64,000 nt of DNA, taken from assembly GCA_964057225.1 (NCBI GenBank), contig OZ059897.1, positions 11,780,001 to 11,844,000 of the forward strand, read 5' to 3'. Positions 13,733 to 23,860 of the stretch are shown here, in pieces. The position numbers and the translations under genes are program-made. The notes under the pieces were generated by a model. The model made no database searches. It was not told where the DNA came from and saw only the letters and a program-made list of their open reading frames with translations. Origin of the DNA: Auanema rhodensis. Lineage: Eukaryota > Animalia > Nematoda. Every line of letters begins with the position of its first letter. Within the stretch, counting starts at the first letter, position 1.

Positions 13733-14970
13733 TGCCGCATGCGTCTGGGGCTAATTTCTAGTTGAATTGTTGAAACATCTTGGCTGTTTGTTTTCCTCAA
13801 AGATATCTTTTGATATGATAATATTTTCAGAACATTTAAAAGATTTCTCTTGCAGTTGTTAAGTTAGCTATTAAGTTTCAGTCCAAGAGCTTACGAAACG
13901 TTTCCTCTTCTGAACCCTAGATCAATATTTGGTGACCGCCTCCTACGTTCATCAGAATGCAGAACTTATACAACTGCTCGGTCGAATATTTGTATATTCT
14001 CTCCGTATTATTATACCTATTTTGATCAAAATAATCTATTAGTATACATTGTTTTTTGCCTTTGAATATATTTCAGCTTTTATCTTGATTTATACATTCA
14101 CTACTTCATATTTTTTCCATCTTGATGCTGAAATGTTCCAAATGCTGGTTCATCTAATTTGTTTTCGTGTTGTCATATGTGCACATAGACTATTCAGCTG
14201 ATGAGCAGCTGTTTCTACCAGAAGCCGCCTGCTCTACTCTCTGTTCTGTCAGCTATTAGAACCGAAAGGGCAAGTTTCTGTTCTCGATTTTGGTTTGTAC
14301 AACGCAGGGCGATCATCTGTGAATTTCTCATACTCTCTTATGTAGTTCCAATTCCGTTTTATTGCTTAGAATTCCGATTTATGATTTGCAAATTTGATGA
14401 GTTTAACCTTTGAGAAAGGGGAACGATGGTCTTTGTCCTGGGCATAGTATAACAAGAGAGAGATGGTAACTGATGTATTTATATCATAAAAGGAATAGAA
14501 GAAAGAAAGGTGAAAAAAAAGAGAGAAATACGAGCTAGCTGTGACGCCCGTAGGCAAAACTTTAATAATGCTCGTTATTATTCTCATGTAATTTGCCACA
14601 TTTAAAACCGGCTGCCGCAACAGGCTAGAATGTTTCTTTCTTTTCTTTATTTCAACATAAATATGAAAAAAAGAAGTTATTTATTGATACATCTAATTTT
14701 TCTCTCATTACCTTTATATTGTCATGTCTTCAGTATGCTTCGAGCTTTTTTTAGAATATTTTTTCATTTGTAACTTTGAAATTTAGTATAATTTTTACAG
14801 AGGGGTAGTTGAAACTAGCAGATTTCTTCTCAGTCTTCATATTCTTCTTGCAAATCCTGGTAAAACATCACAACCGAGCGCAATATTCATCTCTATATAT
14901 ATACTCCGAAGTCTGGAACAATATATTTCTAAATTATCTTCTACTGCTTCGTTGAAAACTTGTGGCCAAA

Positions 14971-17900
14971 ATGGTAGTTCTGAAGTTTTGCTCCGGTAAC
15001 TGGGAAGTTCTTACTCTTCTTATCGGTCATGAGCATAATGTTGTTCTGTCTTCTCGTTGGGTCGCTCGCAAAATCAAGTGAGTTTGTTTTGATGAGAGCA
15101 AATTCATTTAACAAATAGATATGATGACATACATACAACAGTTATTTACAATATTTTAATCATTCGTTGTTTTTATTTCAGCGAAGTAATTGCTTACTCG
15201 GAAACAACATATACTGTTGATAATGTGTTGGATATGGAAAGAAAATATTGCTCTTTAACTGAAGAAGGAATTTATGTGAGTATATATATATATAATCATA
15301 CAAATATAGTCATAAGCATTTGTTAATGCCATGTAATCAGTGAAAGACAAAATATTGATTGTGCTCAATATTCCTAATCGACATTGTTCTATTGATAGAG
15401 CTTCTTAAAAGCATGTGCTGTAGAGTGTTTATTTTCCGAATGATCGGCTTCTATTGCACACGATAACGTTAACTCAATATCTTTCACCAATGAAAAAATA
15501 ATGAATATTGAGAGCATTAATAACTATATATGAATAAATTAAGAAAACAAGTTATTGAGAAATAAATTTTAGCATCTTCTTCTGGATGCTCATATGTATC
15601 ACTATTCCCTGATCCGATTTTATTTGGACGATGTGGTATGTACGGCACCAAAAACCTTCATTTTTGGAGAGGTATTTTCATAGAAAGAAAATATATAGCG
15701 GTATATAAACTTATTATCTTGAAGAGTGAAGAAGATTTTCAACCTGACATTGGACTCAATACAACTCCTGAGTCTGAATCGATGACTGACATTGAGCTTA
15801 GACAATTCTTGACAATGCTTGAGAGTCGCCAGCATTCTATTATGGTGAGTGTTCTTAAAGATACGAATATCTAATGCTTTTGCATATATTTGCTTCTCAA
15901 ATCATAAACTATTGGAATGGATATATCTTCTTTTTTTTTCAGACAGCTGCTAGGATGACTCAAGAACAACAAGAACGTCTCTTGGCGTCATGTGAATCAA
16001 GCGTAAGTTTCAGGGCAAAGTCCTTTGTCTTCTATTTTACAAACTGCGGAATCGCAAGACGAGACACATAATGCACTTATACATGTTTTTTCAGGAGGAG
16101 AAGAACGTTTGGGACATAGACTTAGAAAGAGCTTTCATGCCAGACGTAAGTGATGGTTTATATATTTATGTTTTATCTATTCTATTGTTTTTTTTCATTT
16201 TACTTTGATACATAAGTTTAGATGCCAGCTCCTGATAATCAGGAAGAATATTTTGATCCCATCTGTTGTACTTCTGAGGCTACACGTGTTGATCATTTCG
16301 TGGACGCGCTTTTTGATTTCGCGAAAAAGGAAGAGCTTGATGGAGTCCCCTGTACATTATCGAATACGTTTGGAAAAGTTAGTTTAAATTAAGAAAAAAA
16401 GATAACGAAAAGAAATGCACTATAAACAATTTTCTTGATAGGATTTTTCTGATCATAAGGTAAACGCTAAGTACACTTGATTTCAGAAAACTGAGAACAT
16501 GTCTCTAAATACCTCATTGTCTAGTACAATGATATCTGAAAAAATAGTTAAACAAGATGAAGCTCAACAGACAACTTTAAATTCTGAGGAGGTTTTTAAT
16601 TTTATTATGAAGCTATTTGTTCAATTCTTGCTTTATTAGATTTTGAGCTCAAAGGCGTATCTTAATTTGCCTTACGACTATTTAATCCCGGATATTAGTG
16701 ACGAATCTAATGAAAATAGTTCTGATGATTTACCAGAGGAGTCTAGCAACTCCCTGTCTAAGAACAACTCTCAAGCATCGGTTGAATGTGATTATAAAGA
16801 GCGATTAGCTTTAGAATTAGAGAAATTTGTAAGTTCACGAAACAATTAAAGCTATATGTACCCATTTCTTTCAAGAAATCGTGGCCCGATGCTGGCTTTA
16901 AACAGGTGGATGTCAAATCTGCCGAAATTCAAACTAGTCAAACAGAAGGAGCTCTGTCAATGACTACAGCAACAAGTACCGATATTGAAGGCAAACTTAA
17001 TATGGTTCCTGTGCAAACTCAAACGGAATTGAAACTGTTACTGGAGTTAAAGAAGGTTAATCAATTAAAATTGAAAACAAATATTAAACAACATAAAACT
17101 TGTTTTTATTTTTTAAAATTATTTTTCTTGAGATAAGCCATTGATAACAAACTTGAAAGATTCTTTCATGTCTCATTTCTTTTATGTCTCATCAATTATC
17201 TATTATGTTATAAGAAATATTTTCATCATTAATCAATCAATTTTTTAATTTAATTTAATTTTAGATGAGTGATACCTATTGCTGCCCTCAATCAACTCGT
17301 ATTCGTTGTGGTGCTAAGGCTAAGGTTATTAAAAAGGTAAATTAATTTTCTTGAAGTGAAACTAGGTAATCTTTCTAGAAAAAGAGTCCTGTAAAAACTG
17401 ATAATGAGGTGTCTGCTTCATTCTCGGCCTCTGATTCTAAGGAAAAGACTGTTAAAAACTTCGCAGATGTATCACGTGAGCAAGCTACAGGAGTTGTGAA
17501 GAAAAGTATGAAGAAGGAGTCAAAAGAGAAAAAGGAGGCCAAGGAGAAGAAAGAAACTAAGGATAAGAAGGAAACTAGGGATAAAAAGGATGGAAAAGAG
17601 AAGAAGCGCAAGGCTTCTATTGTTCTTGCTCTTTCTTCAGCAAAATCTAATAAAGAAAAAGCAATTGTTCGTAAAGAACCGTGCCCAGTGTACCAGTCTT
17701 ACAAGAAAACTACCTATCATCAATATTTCCCTGAAGAGCCTGTTAGACCAAAAGCTGGAGAAATGCTTGTTCTTCACTCCTTTGACGAATTGCCCATTGA
17801 GCAAATGGAGGAACTCAATATTGTTCGTGTTGACGGAAAGAACTTCAAGGTATTTTTTTAAACTTTATTTTCATTAATTTTTATTATTTTTTTCTAGAAA

Positions 17901-18952
17901 GTCAAGACCCAACCAAAGTGTGTTATGCGACCTCTTCATCGTATGCCAATTTTGAACAGTATTGTTGCTCCTGAACCATGCTTAGTTTTCACTGAGGTTT
18001 GTTTGAAGCTCTAAGTTTTAAATTGGATTGCTTATTTACAGGAATCCGATTTTATTCCTACCGAAGGAAATGGACTTATAAAATATTTCCGCATAAAAAA
18101 TATTGGCAAAAAGATAGTTCATTGGCCTAATGTGAGTGATTAATTGATCTTTATTATTATTGAACGTTTTATTTCAGATTGTTGTCAGACATGTTTTCAA
18201 CTTAGATCTCTTAGATCTATCGGTACTTCCAATTTCTATTGATGTAGAAAAGGAAGTTGATATAGAAGTAGGAGTTGAAATCAAAGATACCTCTTTGGAA
18301 GGCGTTCTTATCATTCAAATTGTTGGAGATATTATTCTTTCAACTCCAACTGCCCTTATTGTGCCAAAAGTAATTAGACATGCAAAAAGTCTGAAACATT
18401 ATCTGAATAATTTCAGCTTCAAAATTCGATTGGTTCATTTGAAGAGAATCAAACTGCTGGAATTACTGGTCCAACAAAGTGCTTCATGATCGGAGATGGA
18501 TCGGACACTTCTTCAACATCGGTACTGCCATTAAATCACAATTCCCATAATATATTTATATCTTGTTTCAGTCTAACGACTGTGATCCAACATTCATTCC
18601 TGAGCTACCTCTGAGCTTTGAATCATCAACAAAAGAAGAAACAGTATCTTTGATTGGCTATTGTTCTTCATCATCTTCTCTATCAACAGCTAGAGAACCT
18701 GAACAAGATGTAATTTGTTTTGGTGCCTTTTTATTCTTATAGACTATTTTCTAGAACTTGGAAGAAGAGGAAGAAAACGTTGTTAGTGCTCCAGAAGTTG
18801 CTTTTGATTGTGATGCTGAGTATAACTCTGATAAAGCTGATGGGGAGAACGCAGAATACAGCGATGAAGATACATCTGATGAAGAGTTTGAATTTGTTGG
18901 AAGTGACGATCAACTTTCTAATTATGAATATAACGAATTATCTGAGGATTAA
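14971..18952 (+). CDS. Divergent NBR1-like protein (PB1-like, KE-rich coiled coil, FW/NBR1-like Ig domain, acidic tail with LIR); no ZZ or UBA seen
   Basis: 18 GT-AG exons join into one open frame from gccaaaATG 14971: MVVLKFCSGNWEVLTLLIG...VLDMERKYCSLTEEGIYHLLL; KKESKEKKEAKEKKETKDKK; LIKYFRIKNIGKKIVHWPN...DTSLEGVL; SDEEFEFV near the C-terminus. The gene model is solid; the family call is by eye. Confidence 0.6.
17519..17610 (+). repeat. Coding 18-nt imperfect tandem repeat (KKExKE/KKETKD units)
   Basis: aagaaagaaactaaggat aagaaggaaactagggat and related units within exon 12 of the NBR1-like gene. Confidence 0.7.
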
Positions 18953-19636
18953 TACTTTTACCTACCTCACAGATTCTTTAATCGAAAAGAACTCATGGAT
19001 TTTCAAAAATATTCAATATGATTAGTAACACTGTTTAAAAATGTCCTAACGTCTACTGTATAGCACTGTAAATATTTTGAGGAATTCAATATCCTTGTTT
19101 CATACTGCTTTAGCCAATACGCAACAGTGATACCGTAGTCTAGTTATTAACCGTTCAGCTAGTTTTTGTGGTCTTTCTTTGAGGAAGTATTTCCCTTGTA
19201 TATAAGTGTGATAAACAATTCTTTTTTAATTTTGTTTTAAATATATTCGTTATCTTTCAATTCTATTTCTCATTAAAACAAATCATTTGAAACGTGAAAG
19301 AAAAACATGTAGACATATCTTGTGACACTTTTAAATGGGTGAACCTCGTATTGATGAACAACAACACAAAGCTAAAACAAGTAGCCGGCGTAGTCGGAAT
19401 ATCGCAACGTTTTATTAGATTACATAATTACAAAGTATAATAAAAGAATCATATAATTCAAAAATTAAAAGAACTATTAAACTATTCTCGTTATGAAGTT
19501 ATATACCCATCATTTACTCCTGTTTTATCATATCTCAGTTTTCATTAAAGTACAATATATTTATATTAAATTTTAAATAAATTGCTTTCAGACCGTAAAT
19601 AAACAATACTATCTTTCATTAATTATTATCATAACA

Positions 19637-20087
19637 ATGACTGAGTATTTGCCTTATTCTATTTTAGCTGGTATATGTGGAGCCTTAGGAGGAGTTTTTA
19701 GCAAGTTAACTTTCAGTTTAGAAGAAAAGCTAACAAATTCTGTAAGCCAGCTTGAGTTTATACGCTCGTAAGACATTTATTTTAGATTTTTTGGATTTGT
19801 TTATTTTTTTTTGTATTATTTAATGTACTGATGTGGTGGAGCTATACAAGATCGTTAGCCAAATCATCGTCTACCATTACACCAATGATTGTGAATATGG
19901 GTATTAATTTTTCTGTAACGGTATTATACTCAAATTGTAACTCATATGGCTTAATCTTGATGTTTAGGGTGTTATCGGAATTTTTCTTTTTAAAGAATAT
20001 CATAGTTTTATGTGGTGGATTGGTTTAATCGTTGTAATTAGTGGTATATCCATGATGGGAACACAAGAAAAACAAAATAAAGAATAA
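19637..20087 (+). CDS. TMEM42: TMEM42-like small DMT/EamA membrane protein
   Basis: SILAGICGALGGVFSKL...NVLMWWSYTRSLAKSSSTI...NMGINFSVTGVIGIFLFKE..WWIGLIVVISG; 3 exons. Confidence 0.85.
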
Positions 20088-20194
20088 AGAAAAGTTATTA
20101 AAGTAAAAAAAAATAATAAATTGTGATACGTTTGACCAGAAATTGTATTGTAAATGTTTCATAATCACAGATCTCTTGTAGTATGTAAAACGAG

Positions 20195-23117
20195 CTATTT
20201 ATCTATCAGTCCTAACTCTCGAGCTTCCTTTTCAGCCCATTCTTGTAATTCTTTTTCATTTTCCATCGGAGAATCATCTCCACAGATGGCATCAATATAA
20301 AAGGATCCTTAAATGAAAAATTCAATAAGGTTATTTTTGATATTTCTTACGTTGAGCTGTTAAGGTTTCAAATTCATCGTCCGAATTGTCGCCGTCAGAT
20401 TCTTTAAATAAACTGTATTTCAAGATTGTACAATTTGACTTACCACTTCTAATTTTAAATTGTGAGGATTGGCTTGATGTAAGACTCATCATTGCCGAAT
20501 AATCACTAAAATCAACAATAACTCTACTACCGCGTACTGATAGTTTTGCTGAATCTACGGCTGTTCCACCAACTACTATTGTAACATTTCCCAAATTATT
20601 AGTTGGGAAACTCTTAATTAATGTTTGTACAGAATCACTTGTTATCTAAAATAAATTATATAAATTAATAATAGAACATTTATATATTACCAGCATGGAC
20701 CCACTTAAATCTACATGTTTCAAATTTTTACAATGAGATAATCCTTTAACTCCATCATCATTTAAATATGTACAATTTCGAACTTGGAGAACTTGTAGAC
20801 TACAGCAATGTGCTATTTCTAGCAAAATACCGGATCGTACAGCTCCAATTGATGATATATCAAGCTTAAATATTTCTAAATATATTCTGTTAGAATATAT
20901 TTTAATACCTGTTCTAAGCAAGTTAGTTTGGCAAGAGCGCTAAGTCCTTTATCGGATATAGATTGATCAGTACCAGCATTAGCCAAGCTGATAGTTCTCA
21001 TATTTTTGGTATGCTGAGAAAGAGCGATCAAAAAATTATCATCGACCAGCGGATTATAGTCTAGTGCTAATTCAGTTAAGTTCTTTAGCCTAGTTAGATG
21101 TGATAAGCCTTCAAAAGTTAAATGCGCAAATTTATCTCCACATAATGTGAAAACTTGTAAATCTTCCATTGTACGAGATATTATACTAAAAGCATAATGA
21201 ATATACTCATAAAATAGTAAAATATATACCTTAATATGCCATCAGTTATATTATAACATTCATTTACACGTAGTTCTTTAATAGTGCTGGATGCAGTGCA
21301 TAAATCCTCAAAAGCCATGGCATCGACGTTGGTACATCCATCAAAATATAACTAAAAAAACAGAATCACCTATATATACATATATATATATAATAAAAAT
21401 TACTTACAATTTCCAGTTGATTACTTAATAGCTTGGTAAATCTTCCATGTATTTTACTACAGCCTCGCAAGTCAAGAAAAACCAGATTTTTAGCAAAACC
21501 GCGTATCAAATACCAAATTGACTGCAATATTTGAAATTTTATATAATCTAGAAAAGTTTTTATTAACCTTGTCTCCTACTGTGGGCATATCTCTATAGGA
21601 CAAACGTGTAATGTTGGTTAAACTCTCAGAAAGTTCACCAAATGCTTCCCAATTAGCTCGAATACCCGATAGATCAATCTAAATATTGCAATATAATTTT
21701 TTTTTAATTTATAAAATACTTTACCTCTTCTAATGAAGAGCAACTTTGAGCAATAACTGTAAGCGCTTTTTCATCCATAAGATGGACAAGCCCTGATAAA
21801 TCTAATGATCTTAAATGAGCTCCAGCTCTTCGAAGAATTGCCTTAAAAAAACAATTTAAACATAATAATAATATCTTAAACCCACTCTTAAATGACTAGT
21901 CCGGAGAGGGTTATGTTTACCAAAAGTATATTCCTTAGCAAAACTCAACTTATTAATATGGGACCAAGACTAAATTTGAATTAAGCTGACATCATCTGTA
22001 TTAACATACCTTCACAGAAGCCTCCATAAATTTTTTATTAACTCGTTCTAGTCGAATAGTGTCCGAAATAGGCAAATAGCAAAATATTCTCTCCAGAATT
22101 TTAGAATTTAAATCAGCTAACGATACATTCTTAAAGCATTAAAATAAACTTCATTATAAATCACTATACTAACATCTCCGGATACAGTTTTTGATGTCGA
22201 ACACAAAGATTGACTTGAAGAAGCTCTTGATAATGAATCCTGCCCATCATCTTGAACAAAGTAAAACGTAACAATATTTTCCTCTTTCAATATTACCTTT
22301 CGAATGATCAGCAAGCACTAACCCTTTACAACCTTTTCGTTTGGATACAAACTAAAAGAAGCAACTTATTCAATCAAAACAATTTTTAAAATACCTTTGT
22401 GACCACCATAACATTATCATAAAACTTTAATTGCTCACTTGTAGCATTCAAAGCTTTTTCAGCATCTTCTTTCAATCTAAATTTCAATTTTGAAAATAAA
22501 TTACGAAAACAATGATACTTGAATGTAAGCACAGCATTCCCACTGTTTTTGGAGTTCTTGGATAATCCACCAAAAAAGGATCTTTTCTCATCTCCAGTTA
22601 ATGAACAATGAGTAACCTAAATATTAAAATTTAAAATTTAATTTATATAATACCAACTTTTCCAAATTGAGAAAAAAAGCTCTGTAATTGTGACTGTGTT
22701 ACTCGCTGAGATACATTGGTTACTGTAAGTTTTCTTTCATCCTTCGAGTTAGCATGGAATGCTAGCATTGAATCAAAATCTCAAGCAAAAGGTATTACAA
22801 AATTAAATTATAATAAAAAAATACCATCAGTTTCGATATTATCAAATTCTTGCCCATCGGCTAAAATCATTGGTAATAGTCTGCGATATTTCATAAACTC
22901 AACAGCAGAATGAGACCATGTCCTCCTACAAATGACCAATCAATTAACTAATATTCATATTATCATTTTTCAAAGTTAAAAAAATTATTATAAACCTCAA
23001 TTTTCCGACACTGAAAAAACGAGCACGCGTTACAAAACTTTGAAAAGCTTCACTCATATCATTCAGACCTCTGCTTTCAAGATTTTGACCATGCAGTCGT
23101 CTAAGCGCTTTAAACAT
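20195..23117 (-). CDS. RRM + F-box + LRR protein (EEED8.10-like putative RNA-binding protein)
   Basis: RRM ERKLTVTNVSQRVTQSQLQSFFSQFGKV; F-box LNSKILERIFCYLPISDTIRLERVNKK; multiple LxxLxLxxCxxIxD repeats; ATG 23117 follows a TTTAG acceptor. Confidence 0.85.
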
Positions 23118-23860
23118 AGACTAAATATTTTTATATTTATAATTAAAGATAATACAGCGTTTAAGCTACCGTTTTCTGCCCAATTCCAGTCGAATTACCC
23201 CGAAAACTATGGCGAAAATCCATCTTTCTAAATAAATTAAATATCACATTTCTTATATATTAAAATAAAAATTAGTAGAAAAGCATTTTTCATGTTTTAA
23301 ACAACAAAGCTAATGTTAACATAGACTAATTATGAATTCATGACCGGCTTGGCCAGAAGGAATTGTTAGGGGTCGAAGGGTACCAGCCCTCCAGAAAGAT
23401 CAATAAACGCTGTTCCATCGTATATACCAGTTTTACGCAAAACGCAAGTCTCTATATTTTATATTATTTTTTTTATATTTACTTGAATTTGTTTTTCATT
23501 TTTGAATACTAAGTTGTGTTTTATCAGTATTTTGAAAAAAAAATAATATGACATAGAAATATCATAGTATACAAACAAATTTTTAATTTTTACAATTGGC
23601 ATATTTAAGTATTAAAATTATAATTGAATCATAAAAATTTTAAAGCCTTTGTTTAGCAATGATTGTTTTCGAGACAAATTACTGAAATGAAATATCAAAG
23701 ATTATAATTGGTCCTGGCGCGGCTAGAGTTTATAATTTAAAGAAATATCTGAATTTATATTATGAAGCAGATTAGCAATGAAAATTGAAATGTGATGCAT
23801 GTACACAACTTATTTATGTCGATATAAAAATTACGCAAATCAAAATTTGTATATTTTAGA

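Noticed and set aside
22899-22919. Apparent uORF MVSFCC* before the RRM/F-box gene
   Set aside because: It is an out-of-frame reading inside coding exon 2; exon 1 from ATG 23117 splices in frame.
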